DNA from: Dimorphilus gyrociliatus
Lineage: Eukaryota > Animalia > Annelida
Assembly: GCA_904063045.1 (NCBI GenBank)
Contig: CAJFCJ010000084.1
Location: 14,384 to 78,383, forward strand
Reading direction: 5' to 3'
Length of the DNA stretch: 64,000 bases
Below the pieces are notes generated by a model. It made no database searches, had not been told where the DNA came from, and saw only the letters and a list, made by a program, of their open reading frames with translations. Below, one piece after another: positions 1 through 13,852 of this stretch. The position numbers were made by a program, and so were the translations under genes. How positions within the stretch are numbered: position 1 is the stretch's first letter; every line of letters starts with the position of its first letter.

Positions 1-2
1 AC

Positions 3-2632
3 CTTGTCTGCAACTATATCAAAGATTGTTTAGATGGCTCAGATGAGAGATATTGCAGTATGATAAACAAAGACACACACACACCTATACACATTCATTC
101 ACTAAATTCTCTCTATTCTATTTTATATTTTATTTCTCTTTTATTCCAGCTTTTCCAGTTTGCAGTGCAAATGAAAGGTAAATTCATATTTTCTTTCTTT
201 AAACCTCTTTTAAGGATTTTTGTTTTAAACAGAAAATGTATCAGTGAACAGTGTGTACACGTGAATCAGGTGTGCAATAATGAAGTTAATTGCTTTTGTG
301 AAAGTGATGAATTATGCCTCAGCAGTGATTCAATACACAGGGACTACATATCCAGTTAGTATATGAGTTTGGTTAGAAAAAAAAAATACATTTTAGGCCT
401 AGTTTTCTTATCTTGATTCTATATCCAGCATGTAACAAAAATTTTCAACTGGAGTTTGAGAATACTTGCTATCCTTCAAATTCCATTTTTATTAGATTCA
501 ATGAATTTTGTGAAGAAAAATGCCTTTTGAAAAAATTCTCTTCCAATCATCCTATACCTAACCTTTTCTGTTGTGAAATCATTGATAATAGAGACTCTTG
601 TCCAAGAGGATTCTACCTATGCCATAGACAGAACTATTGTATTTCAATAAATTTCATTTGCGATGGTTTTCATCAGTGTTTTCATGGTGATGATGAAAGA
701 AATTGTGGTAAGTATTTCTTTGAATGAATGAATGAGTTTTGAATTGAAAATGTTTGCAATGTTTGAATTATAGGTGATAAAGCTATCATAAAAGGCTACT
801 TTCTTTGTTTAAAAGAATGGAAATTCTTATCAAGATATCAAATCTGTGACAAAATTGTTGATTGTTTAGATGGAAGCGATGAAATCTTATGCAATATTCC
901 TAAAATTAATCATAGAGATTGCAAAAGTAAGCAATCAGCTCCCCATATCATTTCTTGTAATTTTAAAAATAGTCAAAAAGACCCAAAAGAACAATTTCAA
1001 ATTTCAAATATAACCTATGCAAAACAAATTACAATCATTGGTGAAATGTTTAAAAACTTTCAATTAGACAATTCAACTGATTTAGTCATTTTAAATATTA
1101 CTGAAAGTTCAAGATATTTACAAAATTTTCATCTAAATTTTCCAAATTTAATATCATTATCTTTAATAAAAAATGAAATTCAAGAAAATCATTACATTTT
1201 AAATAATGAATTGAGACTTTTAAATAAATTATCAATTTCAAAAAACCCAATAGGCTCATTAAACTTTTTGAAAAATTTGAAATGTTTATATCTAAGAAAA
1301 TTGGATATATCTTTTACAAAAGTTACAAATTTTTCCAAAAATATTTTTTATAAATTGCATTTTCTAGAAATTTTAAATATTCAAAATTGTCTTATTAATA
1401 TAATTGATAGAATGACATTTATTTATATAAAACAATTGAAAGTTTTAGATCTTAGTAATACTAGAATATCACAAAACCATTATTTAGCTATTGTCAGTAA
1501 ATTAGAACAATTAGAGGTAGTCTATGGTGGAAATTCTAGACTTTGTTGCCTATTCTGGAAGTATATTAATGATGATATTGAATGTCGAGCATCACTCTAT
1601 AAATATCCATTGTGTTTGACAATGTTCAAGTCTACCCAAGAGAGAGTTCTCTATTGGATTCTAGGAATATTTGGTACTATTGTTAACAGTCTTTCCAATG
1701 TTTTATTGCTTAGATCAAAGAGCTTTTCAAAATATTTCCGTTTCTTATCAAATCTAAGCAGTTTTTTTATTTCTCTCTATTTTCTGCTTCTGTCTTTGGC
1801 CGACGCCTACTACAAAGAATCATTTATTGAATACTCTTACAAATGGTTTAATGGTGCATTTTGCCAGTTTCTGGGAACTGTTGCAACATATTCATTACTG
1901 TTATCAGTAGCTTCTATGCTAATGATAACACTTGAAAGATATTTAGCAGTTGTTAACCCTATGAAAAAGTCAGTGATAACTATTCATCAAAATATATGGA
2001 GTGTGTGTACTGTTATTTTATGTATTTTGGCATCACTAAGTTATTTTTTGAGCAATAAAGTAAATTCTATTCTTTAAGGTATATCAACTTTTCAAATTCT
2101 CAAACCTTTTTTCACTATTACAGCATTATCATGGACAGTCTCTCTATTGTTTTTCAATATATATTCAAAGTAAAAAAATCAATGGTTGGATATTTTCATT
2201 TGTCCTCTTTGGAATTTTGAATCCTCTAATAAGCTTGATCATATTTTTTATGTATACTCGTATAATTACTATTGTGAGAGGATCATCAAAGGAACTAGGA
2301 CAATCAAGAGGAAAAGGTAGTGGTGAAAGAAATGTAAAAATGAGTATTCTTGTCCTATCTGTTTCAAACTTGTTGGCATGGTTGCCCATTACACTCTTAA
2401 GTTTGTTAAAAAAATTTCACACAATTAAAGCTGGATAAAAAATATTTTGACTTTCACACTGGCAGCTTTTATAGCTCAGATTACAGAGGTATCCTTTAGC
2501 AATAGCATGTATAGTTGGATAGTATTTTGCATACTATTCTCAAATATGACATTGAATCCAATCATTTTGACATTTGGTGAAATTTTACAAAGAATTGAAA
2601 ATTATAAGCAAAGATTGATTGTAAAAAGGTAA
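3..2632 (+). CDS. GRL101-like LDLa-LRR rhodopsin-class GPCR, 3' part (5' end outside window), multi-exon
   Basis: LDLa repeats (VCNYIKDCLDGSDERYC; QVCNNEVNC; ICDGFHQCFHGDDERNC; ICDKIVDCLDGSDEILC), LRRs in ORF 1046-2077, TM3 MITLERY, TM6 SNLLAWLP, TM7 NPII. Phase-compatible GT-AG introns at 58-149, 178-232, 708-773, about 2059-2123 and about 2402-2465; stop at 2630-2632. Confidence 0.9.
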
Positions 2633-3783
2633 AATATTAAAAGTTTTCCAATGTAGGCTTAATTTTTTCAACTTTTGAATATTTTTTTAAAAAACAATGC
2701 AGGATACACTTGATTGAAGAAAATACTATTGATAGTATTAAAAAATGTAATTTCCTATTTCTTTTTAAGTTTATGAGTAGTTTTGAAAAACTGTTATTCT
2801 TTCAGTTAGCTCACTGTTAGAGCATCAGTATACTAACTGCTTGACATTTGGTGATCATAATCAATATTTCAATTCCCTTCATACAGGACAAACGTTTTAT
2901 GCAAATATGATATATTTGCAATGTTGTATATCTATTTCAAAAGCTGTAAAATATATTCAGAGCCTAAACTTTTCACTTTTTTTTTCATAACAAAAAAAAT
3001 TCTTCAAAGAAGGCAGCAATTTGTTTAATTTTCTGAAAAAAATTTTCTTTTGTGAGGAAACAATAAAATATCATAAAAGAAGTCAATTTGTAATTATTCC
3101 ATATCTCTCTCTCTCTCTCTTTCTACCTATACCTCAAACAAACAAAACCTCCATCGCTTCTTCTATCATATAGGGCAACACTTTGTTGTTCATTCTATTG
3201 TATCGGACTATCTTACTGTAGCTGCTTAGCTAAGCTATATTTGCTTGACAACCATTAAACAACAAAATGTTTAATCATCTTTTCTCTAGGTAGAGAGATA
3301 GAATTTTGGTTGAGGTTTAGGTAAGGGTTGCCACCCACTAATAAGAGCTGATTCATAGAACTTTTTCAAATAATCTTTGCTGAAAGACAAGGATGTTAAT
3401 TATTGACATGTGCAGTCAGTTAGTAGGTGTTATAGTGTAAAGCAAATAAACATCCTGTCCAGTTCACTTTCGGAGTGACTGTATTCATAATGGGTAATTA
3501 CATCTGATCAGTTTTACAAATAACCAACTACAAGAACAACTACAACTGTTCCCATCAACAACTAACAGAATAGCTCTTTCTGCACTATAACTATGCCAAA
3601 ATTTATTTCTAAAACCACCTATTTGAGTTTTACATCACATTTAACCAAAGTATTGTCACAATGGCAAATGTGTACACATTTAGGCTGTTATTGTGCAATA
3701 ATGTTCTAATGCTATTTCCAACATCAATCACTATCTTTTCTGTCTCTTCAAATGATTGAATTATCAATTAGATAACTATTTTA

Positions 3784-3784
<1 letters not shown>

Positions 3785-3813
<29 letters not shown>
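3785..3813. repeat. (TA)n microsatellite
   Basis: Directly visible; similar tracts at about 28548-28570 and 33888-33912. Confidence 0.95.
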
Positions 3814-3815
<2 letters not shown>

Positions 3816-3829
3816 TCTGTAACTCTCAC

Positions 3830-4350
3830 GAGACATTGGCAACTGTCCTCATCTGGCATCCTACAACAAATGTTCAATAATGGAAATATGGTTCAATCAA
3901 AGCCAACAAACCCTTTGATATTTTTTGACAAACTACTTTGTTTGTTTTCTCAATATTCCATAAATCTTTAGTGCACTTGCCCTAATATTTTGAATGTTTG
4001 TAACACGTACAAATGTTCCTGTTCTATGTTTTAAAACAAACAAAAACTACTGCTTGCCTTAGAAAGTCCTGATTATGCTTTTGTTGGAAATAGTGAATTT
4101 TATAATTGATGCTGATCAAACAGCAACAGCGCCAGTTTCTTTAGCATCTTTGAAAGCTGATTATAACAATTGTGAGATACATTTGGTTATTGGTGATGAA
4201 CTCATCAACGTAATATATCTGTAGGCAAGAGTTAAAGTTGTCATATGACCTTTTTGCCTTTTCTCTCACATAATTCTTGTAGATCAGTAGGAAAGTAGCA
4301 CATTGAAGAAGAGACTATTCTGCTGCTAAACAATTATTTAGCTTATGTTG
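3830..4350 (-). mobile_element. Highly degenerate LTR-retrotransposon integrase-like remnant
   Basis: Frameshifted minus-strand fragments such as DEFITNNQMYLTIVII and QLSK resemble the integrase core D-F-I-T...V-D-x-F-S-K; many stops. Confidence 0.3.
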
Positions 4351-5134
4351 TTGGTCTGATGGCAAACACTTGATTTCTCGCTTTTCAATATTTTTTTTTC
4401 TCTATGATATCCCCTAATCAAAACTCTTTAATAATTTAAAATTGTCTTGTTGACTACATTCTACCAATGAATTCTAGTGTAGCTTTCTAACATCTGCCTC
4501 ATCCTTCTGAGGCGAAACAAAGAGCTCTGGTTTCACCTTGGATAAAGTTTCACTTTACAGAATGTTCTAAAGAGTCTACCAAAAAAATGGGCATGCAGAC
4601 TGAACTCTTTTTTTTTTCTATTCAATTAATCAATTTTGAATTTATTGAAATAAGTTATAAAAGAGTTGATCTTCTCTGTAAAATTTTCCTTACAAAACAT
4701 CCAAAGGAGAAAATGTCTACTTTATCTTCTCCATCTTCAAGAATTTTACTGTTTAGAAAGGAAAATAAAAATTTTCCATCATCATTCTAAAGATTGATAG
4801 TTTCAATTTTAGATAAATAAAAAAAATGAGAATTAGATTGAGAAACCTGATAGATGTGTTCTTGTAGTATTTCTTGACAATTAATAGCAATAGAATGTCT
4901 ATGGGCCGTAACGTATTCTTTACAAAGGTAGTATATGCAGTAAAAATATAGATTTTTTTTAAACATATTTCTATTAATTTGAAATGATCTAAACCCTAGA
5001 AACATGAATGTATTTATAGTTTTCTCTCTTTCAAATCTAAGGAAATGAATGTCTATGTTAAAAAAAAGAAAATTTATGAAAACAAAAGAAAAAAAAATTC
5101 CAACTATTTGAAAAATGTTTTTCAACAATTGCAT

Positions 5135-8100
5135 TCAAATTTGATTTTCTAAAAATAGAAAAAAAAGAAAAAATTCAAATATAGTTAATTGTAATTTGTG
5201 AGATTTAAAAAAAAAAAAACCAAACAAAACATACTTTAATTCAAATTTTTTAATTTTTAAAATTTTTACATATTTAGTAATTTCATTTAGAGAATAAAGA
5301 ATTGGATTTATTATTGAATTAATAAATAATAAGTAGGAAATGAGTGAAATATATATTTCATTAGTCATCTTTATTGTTATGAAAAATGAAAGAATAGCTA
5401 AAATGACAACAACAACAAAAAAACACTTTGAAATGTTGTTTATATTTTTTGTCAAAATTACTATTACACTCACCTAACAACAATATTGGTGTCCAACTAA
5501 TTAAATATGTATAAGCAATTAGATAATTTGTCCAATGAATTTCAATTTCTTTTCTATTTAACAACTTGCCAAATTTTTTGATATGACTGAATGTCATGTG
5601 ATAAATTAAACAGTTTAGGAAGCTTAAAACAAATGTAAAACAACCAAATACTAAAAATGAAAAAATCCAACCTTCACCTTTAACATTAGATATTTCTAAT
5701 GTGAAACAAATTGTTGATTTAGAATAGAAATTCTAGAAAAGAAATTGTCGTTATTAGATCGTTGATTGCCAACGAAAGATTATATAATTTTAACGAAGTT
5801 TCATTCGTTAAACAAAGAATAATGTATATTGAAATTCCATTGGCAGCAAAACCAAATAATCCAATTATCCATAGAGATACTTTAACAATTGTAATTGGTA
5901 TGATTCTTTCACACGATTCCAAATTTTTTGCTATTGGTTTACAATTGACGCCATTAGAAAAGATTTTTTCAACTAGACAACAAATTTGAAATTGTTCACT
6001 TTCAATTATTTTGATTTTTAAAATAAATTTTAAAAAATTTTTAAAATATTTAACAGGAAATGACGTTTTTCTCATGAGTATTATTTCCAATTTGCTAAGA
6101 CTTTTAAAAGCATCTTTTTCAAAATTATTTAGAGTAGTTATAAAATTCAAATTTAAATATTTCAATTGTTTAAAATCTTTAAAATCATCTTTAAAGATAG
6201 TTTGAATTTTTGTATAAGAAATATCTAAAGATAATAGATTTGAACATTTGATATTATTCAGAAACTGTAAATCTGTAAAGTGATTGTAAGATAAATTTAA
6301 ATTTTGTAATAAATTGAAAATAGTTTTTTGGGTTAAAAAGTTTAAATTCTCCAATCTACATTCAGACAACTTTAAATAAACTATATTGTTTATATTTGTT
6401 ATTTTCCATTTATTTAAATATCTATTTTTAGAAATTTCCAAAGTGATTAGAAAATTTGAATCAATATATGAATTTAATAGAAAATTTCCCAAAATTGATA
6501 TATTTTTGAAATTTGAATCAATAGATTTGATATTTTCAACAGAAATATCACCATCATTCAAACTTTTATAACATTCTAAACAATAAATAAGTTTTGAGGT
6601 ACAAAACTTTGAGAGGTTTGCAACTCGGGGAAAAACGCAAAATAAGTCGTCGCTAGCCAATTCACAATCGACAATTGAATTGCAGATTTTCTCAAAGGAT
6701 AAAAATAAATTTTCATTTTTGCATTTATAAAATCCAGATGGTTTAAAATTTTCTATCAATCAAAAAAAAAAAAAAAACCAATTCAAATTCGTAATTTTCA
6801 CATAAGTTTCTTCCTTTTACCGCAATCTAATTCGTCATCTCCGTATAAACAGTGATTTATTCCGTCGCAAACAAGTTCAATACCAATGCAGTATCCTTCG
6901 TAAAAGCATTTATACTGCTCTTTCTGACAAGATCTATCTAAACATAATTTCTTCAACAGTATTGGAAATCCTGTTCCATTGCTAAGAAAGCCTGTTGAAC
7001 TGTATTGAATATTACAATAATGTGGATTTTCTTTGCGACAATGCAACGTTGAACAGTCCAATTCATCTTCGTAGCCTTGACAATCTTTCTTCAAGTTACA
7101 CTGTAAACCTTTTTGAAGGCATTGTTTTTCTGTACTTTGATAATTACAAAGGAATTGAGTTTTTGAATTACAAGCTGCAAATGATAATATCATTTAGTTT
7201 TATAGATAAATTAGAAAAAAAAAAACAACCAACTTATTTTATAAATATCTTCAATTGCAGATTCGTCAAAGCAGATTTCGTCACTTCCATCAAAACAATT
7301 AAATTCATTATCACAAACATTTTCAAAAGGTATAAATTGTCCATTTTTACATTGAGACCTATTTTTTTTTATTTAATTAGTGTTACAACCAATAAGAAAG
7401 TAGTAGTAGTAGTTCAACAACAGACAGACAGACAGACAGACAGACAGTTTGAGCCTTATACCTATATTTTGTGTCTGGTACTCTTCTAACTAAAAATTAA
7501 ATTGCTGTACAAAAAAACAAAAGATGAAATATACGAATTGATTATTACTGCAATTGCTTTCGTCAGATCCGTCAGAACAGTCTACTATATTGTTGCATAC
7601 AAGTTTATAATTAATTTCCTCAGTTGTTGTAAAACATGAAAATTTTCCTTCTGAGCATTCAAATTCATCTTCTCCAGATTTACAATCCATAAATCCATCA
7701 CATTTATAAATAATATTAATGCAGATATTATCCGTTTTACATTGAAAATAATTCTCCCTACACTCTTCCAACGATTCTGGCCTTTTATTCCTCAAACCTT
7801 GTCCGTCTGTTGTTTGTCAAAAATGTTTTTTTTTTTTTTATATAAAGTCGGTGTACTTTTGCATTAACCAAAAAACAATATATTCATGATGGCGGCTAAG
7901 ATAAAGAGAGGATGTCAGGACGATGAAACTTGCAAACTGTTTATGAGCATGGATAGCTTTGGGATGCAATGGAAAACATCCTCAAATATATGATTTTATC
8001 CTAATTCTAACCTAGCTCTTTAGATGGCAAGAACAAATCTAGTATACAAACCCTCTAGTTGATGGCAAATTGTGTAAAATATAGAAGATTGCATAAATGG

Positions 8101-10997
8101 CTTTAGTTCTAAACTGTACATATTATATAACTTATCAGCTGTATCAACAAATACACTGCAATATAAATCATTAATATTGTAAATATCACGTGACTCGAAT
8201 ACAAACTTTTCTGTGCTAATATTCATCATAGAAAATCCTGGTTGAATTAAAAATTTGTTTTGAATATCATATAATTCCCATCTCTTCCTATATGAGCCTA
8301 CATTCATTTCATTGTTATATTTTTTGCAGGCATCATCAATTTCTTCAGTATCAGGTGAATTGCCAACTATTCCATGTGCATTAATAAGATCTGCTGCATA
8401 ATTATTAAATAATAAGAGATAATTTTTGTTATGTTTTTTAAAGTTTTTAAATCCTGAAAAAGAAGAAATGTTTTTTTTCTGCTCTTAATATTTTTAAAAT
8501 AAGAGAAAGAGAGGCTAACTGATGTTTAAATGAAGAAAACTAGTCCATTTCTGTTGTGTTTTTGAATAAATTTTATCAGCTGCCAAAATATATTTTGCAA
8601 TTGTAACTTTATGAATAGTTGGTAGGTGAGTCAAAGTTAAATTATGCTGATGACACGTTTCCATAGAATTTTCACCATATTGCGGTTTATCAAAGAAAAA
8701 TAAGTAATAGCAAACATGTTCAAAATGAATTGAAGGATTTCCACTGCAACTAATAACTGTTGTTGTTGTTGTTTATATTTATTCATTGATAGTTTATTTG
8801 AGAAAGAAGAAGAAGAAGAAATCTATTTAAATTTTTTTTAACCTCTTTTTGAACATTTTAATGAAGGTAAATAATCTATTCTTTGTTCTCTATTATTTCT
8901 ATATTGAAGACTGCAATTTTGGATATTATTTGAAATGTTTTTACATTTCAAATGTGTAAATAGCAAAGATGCTGTTGACCATACACCCTCATCATTTATT
9001 CTTCTAAATACACTCTGAAATTGTTCATTCGAATCTTCTGTATCAACTGGATGTTTTGTAAGAAATTCAACATTGTAATCAGTCACTTTGGCAGCATCTT
9101 GTACTTGTTTATCTAGACTTGAAAGTGTTCCAGAAGTAAAATTGAAGTGCTTACAAATTATTTGCATTTGTTGAAATGTCAAGAAAGTTACATAGTAATA
9201 AACGTCATTGTAAAATATTACAGGTCTACCAGTTAAACTTGTTATATTTTCTCCAACTGTTTTCGGAGTAATATAACCATTTGGATTTTCTAATAGTATA
9301 TTCTCATCTGTTGAGCCACAACACAGTTGCTATAGTAATAAAAGAGAGAAAAAAAAAGAAAACTGTTAAAACAAACTTGAAATTGGCACACATTTAGGAA
9401 GGAGAATTATCAATTGGGAATGCTGTCTTTTGACAAAACAATCAATGACCTTTCCATACTTTAGACTACAATTTGTAAAGTAAAAAGATTTTGTTTCTAT
9501 CATTTTATAATGAATAATTGGGAGTTGTATTAAAGATAATTTTTTACAAATGAGAAAACTAGCAGCTTTAAAATTAATTTCGAAATTAAATATCAACAAA
9601 TTAAAACCATAAATCTTGGAATTTATGAAATAAAAGTTTGATTTTATTGTTAGATATTCAATAATTCTTTGATAGCTATCAAAATATTTTGCATTGTATT
9701 TCATTATCTTAAAATCTTTTAAAAATTAAAAATATGAGAAATCAATAAATATTTTTACAATTTTCAATCAGATAAAATGGATGCTGGACAAAATATCTTT
9801 TAAAGTTTCCCTAAGCTTTTCTGTTGGAATGAACATTCTGTTTCAATAGGTTTCAGGCTTTGGTCTTAAAATAGATGATAATAATAATTCATAAGATTTC
9901 AGTTTCTCTAATCCTTTAGCTTAGCCCTTTAACAGACATTTTGTCTCTTTTCCAGTCAGAATATATTAAATGGCATTAAATACATATGCGTATATACCTT
10001 TTAATTCCATATATGAACAAAGATATTTGCTTTTCTTCATTGATTTATCAAAAGTTACTGAGCTCACAGAACCAATTTTATCAAGCAATGATATAACAGC
10101 AGTGCTATTTTCAAATTCTACCTGAAATTTGATTCTTACTTTTTGTTGACTACACAAAACACTTGAATTATATTCTGAAGAAATCTTGTACACTTTTCCT
10201 ATGTGTCTATACAAAAGTTCAAACAGATTGTTATTCAATTCCCGGACAAATAGATCTGTTATTTTATTGTTTTTTTTATTTTGCATCAATAAAAAGAGTT
10301 TAGTTTGCTAAAAGATTTTTTAGAAAGAAAAAATTTCCACTCGACTAAAAAAAATGATTATGATGGTTACTTTTGAAAATTGGAAGATAAATCAAGACTG
10401 AAGATTGCTTTTAGAACTGCTCAAAATAATAGATAAAGTCTTTTCTTATTTTGATAGACAGCTAGCAATGTTATGTAAGAGAGGAAATATTTTCTTTATT
10501 TGCATAAATTTTAGGCCTAATGAATAATAACAAAAAAGAAAATCTCATACAAGATGAATTTCTTTTAAAGCAGGTTAAAATAATCCTTTCGTAAATCAAT
10601 TCACCAAAATTTCTTTTTTGAAATTTCATATATCAATGAATGAAGTAGATTATTAATGAAATGGTATGCTTACTTACATCATCCATGTGCTTTCATCAAA
10701 TGTTAAATGTACAGATTTCATTAGTTTTTTATCCAGAAAGTACTCAATATTGGCATAATTTTGATCGAAGCCCCTATTTTTACACATCGTATTCTTTGCT
10801 TTCTTGAATATTTCAAATGTTTTTGAATAAATAACAATAGAATAACTTTCATTAAGTTGAGTACTTTTATAGAAAATATATGTTTTTAAAAAAGCTTTGT
10901 TATCTTCATAATTAATAAAATTTAAATGATCATAGACTGAACAAAATATAGATTTTGACCAAAAGATTTGTAAATAATAAAGCAAATGTATTATCAT
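5135..10997 (-). pseudogene. Large-ectodomain GRL101-like GPCR (signal peptide, SRCR-like, C-type-lectin-like, LDLa repeats, LRR, 7TM) with TM2-TM4 deleted
   Basis: Signal-peptide-like start MIIHLLYYLQIFWS at 10997; SRCR-like QIICKHFNFTSG; lectin-like HFEHVCYYLFF; LDLa ORFs 7490-7795 and 6798-7193; LRR+TM1 ORF 5719-6759. TM5-TM7 exons survive (GWIFSFLVFG, SWTPILL, NSIINPILY). TM2 (LAINDLITT) runs directly into the acceptor of the ECL2 exon at 5733-5734. Confidence 0.8.
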
Positions 10998-11775
10998 AAT
11001 ATTTTTTGGTTTTTTTTGAAATTCTTAAAAAAAAATTCAAGTATAAAAGAGAAAGCAAAACAAAAGATATAAAAAAGGAAAAAAAACTGTCCAGCATGTG
11101 AATTAAACATTAATAATATCCATCCATTGAAAAATATAGCATTAAAAAATAGATTGAGTTGTAATTTGATTTTAAACTATACTTTTTTTCCCTTTTGTAT
11201 TTATTTATTGTGTTTACTGACTGAAATAATTCAAAACTATCTACATAAAAATCCTTAAGACTGACAATAATTGGGTCAAGCAAAGAACTGGAATGTACAA
11301 ATATTTTTTACACTGCTGTTGTACAAAAATGGAAAATGGTCGCATGAGATAAAGGAACATCTGATTCTGAAGCTGTTTTACTAAAGATCATTCAAAAAAC
11401 CATTTCCAACAATTGTTTTTCCCAAATATGTTGATATACATCAACTTTAAACTGTAGCTTTTAAGAAAATACAAGTAAGATCTGAATTGATTGATTGATT
11501 GATGACAATTTTAAAAATTGAAAAACCTTTTTACTACAAAACCTTGGACAGACAAATGAATGATTCTGAAGGGGCAAAATGCTAAGAAAAAGAGTGAGTG
11601 CAACACCTTAAACCATCAAGTATGTTGCATTCTTCACGTGTAGTTAATACACAACATCTGATGCATGAACTTGACAAAAGTAACAATTCTTGATGATGTA
11701 CTCTTTGTAATCATTGCATGTTAAAAGCATGTATACAAAACAGTACATAAACAGGCCCCAACCCAAATCCAATAT

Positions 11776-12356
11776 TTGGACTTTTACTCAATGACACAAC
11801 TCAACAACAGTATAAATAGGCAGAGGGTGAAAAGATCTTCCCATGTAGCAAATATGCCTGCAAATAAATGTAACACCAAAAATTGCAAATTCTGCAACTA
11901 CTTTGAGGAATCTACTAAATGGACCAGCACTACATTCACTCAGGAGGATGTACATGTCTCTATTGAAGAAACTAAGGGACAAGAAAGGGACTGGTGGCCC
12001 CATGCTGGCACATATGTAAGAATGTGGGGTGAAGGGAATGAAATTCCTCCCACTACTATAGATCCCAGGTCAACAACTTAGCTAAGATTCTCAATGAAGT
12101 ACTAGCAGCTAACTGGTTAGAAGTGAAAGAATTCATTGAAAAAGTAAATGAGTTTCATTGTTTTATCCCTGATGAATTCACAAGTATTTACAAACCCATA
12201 GTCCTGGAATTTGGTAATATTTCAATCGAGTTGAATGAGGATTTTACAATCCCTCTACCAAGGGAAGTAGGAGGGGGTCAAGTAGTACCCACATCTCAAT
12301 CAAATATTTTTCGCCCTGGAGAAACTAAAGGAGGATTACCAAAGATAAATATATAA
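11776..12356 (+). other. Unassigned, probably retroelement-derived ORF fragments
   Basis: Two short ORFs in GC-richer sequence. CNTKNCKFC..TKWTSTTF and KEFIEKVNEFH loosely resemble Penelope-type motifs, but their order and spacing do not fit. Confidence 0.25.
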
Positions 12357-12619
12357 AAAGTTATCTGTTCATAGATGGAGCCACCCTTTAGGTATTATAT
12401 AAAGTGGAAAAACATATATTGTTTCAATACCTGATGAAGCTTGGACAGGGCGAAAAGTATTGTGTTCTATTTACAATAAATTTTACTTTTAAAACAAATA
12501 CTTGTATGTTTTCTTTACTTACCTACAAGAAAACAAGATTGTCTTCACTCTCTTCTTTATACTTTATCTCTCATCAGTAACGGGAATACATATACAACTG
12601 TACATTGAAACACAATGGT

Positions 12620-13050
12620 TGAAATTTGAAAACTTAGACAGTTATATTTGAATTTCACTGTTTGGGTAAACACACACTTGTGGAACTATCTGTTCACCTT
12701 CAATTTCTTTGGAATTTACCCCTGGTGAAGTTATGATAACTGTGTACAGTGCTGTTACAGTTTGTTGGCTGATTTGATTTATCACTGACAAATACATTCA
12801 TTTCGTATTGTCCTGGTTTTAATGGAGATTTAACAACTGCAACGTCGTTCAGTTCCTTCAACCCCAAAAATTGTCCAATTCCAAAATAATCGAAAGATAT
12901 ACCATCCAATTTTTGAAGGTTAGGATCTCCAAAATTGACATTTGCATCTCTTTCATTACACGATTGACCTATCCACCCTCGAAAACATTCACATTCGGAG
13001 TTACAACCAATACGCTTTACGCATATGCCATTTAAACAACCATTTTCTTT
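12620..13050 (-). pseudogene. EGF-like domain joined to a cadherin-like repeat, frameshifted
   Basis: CLNGICVKRIGCNSECECFRGWIGQSCNE (about 12952-13050), then DANVNFGDP and GQYEMNVFVSDKSNQPTNC..TALYTVIIT across two frameshifts. Confidence 0.6.
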
Positions 13051-13197
13051 AGCTTAAAATTTACTTGTCGCTGGCCATTTAAATGATACTGGAATTCGAT
13101 ACAACACTCGAACTGTCATATTGCGCAATGTCCAACTGTTGAGATACATCGACCAAATCTATTAGTTCAATAATTTTCCACCTATTTGCATTCAATT

Positions 13198-13852
13198 NNN
13201 NNNNNNNNNNNNNNNNNNNNNNNNNNNNNNNNNNNNNNNNNNNNNNNNNNNNNNNNNNNNNNNNNNNNNNNNNNNNNNNNNNNNNNNNNNNNNNNNNNNN
13301 NNNNNNNNNNNNNNNNNNNNNNNNNNNNNNNNNNNNNNNNNNNNNNNNNNNNNNNNNNNNNNNNNNNNNNNNNNNNNNNNNNNNNNNNNNNNNNNNNNNN
13401 NNNNNNNNNNNNNNNNNNNNNNNNNNNNNNNNNNNNNNNNNNNNNNNNNNNNNNNNNNNNNNNNNNNNNNNNNNNNNNNNNNNNNNNNNNNNNNNNNNNN
13501 NNNNNNNNNNNNNNNNNNNNNNNNNNNNNNNNNNNNNNNNNNNNNNNNNNNNNNNNNNNNNNNNNNNNNNNNNNNNNNNNNNNNNNNNNNNNNNNNNNNN
13601 NNNNNNNNNNNNNNNNNNNNNNNNNNNNNNNNNNNNNNNNNNNNNNNNNNNNNNNNNNNNNNNNNNNNNNNNNNNNNNNNNNNNNNNNNNNNNNNNNNNN
13701 NNNNNNNNNNNNNNNNNNNNNNNNNNNNNNNNNNNNNNNNNNNNNNNNNNNNNNNNNNNNNNNNNNNNNNNNNNNNNNNNNNNNNNNNNNNNNNNNNNNN
13801 NNNNNNNNNNNNNNNNNNNNNNNNNNNNNNNNNNNNNNNNNNNNNNNNNNNN
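13198..13852. other. Assembly gap (655 N)
   Basis: Continuous N run. Confidence 1.

Noticed and set aside
2806-2878. tRNA gene (TAGCTCA...AGAGC, TTCAATTCC)
   Set aside because: A- and B-box-like words are present but no cloverleaf can be formed; at most a decayed SINE.
4587-6571. Short plus-strand and overlapping ORFs (e.g. 5762-5989, 6011-6205, 6386-6571, 4787-5134)
   Set aside because: Antisense shadows or low-complexity AT-rich ORFs with no motifs.
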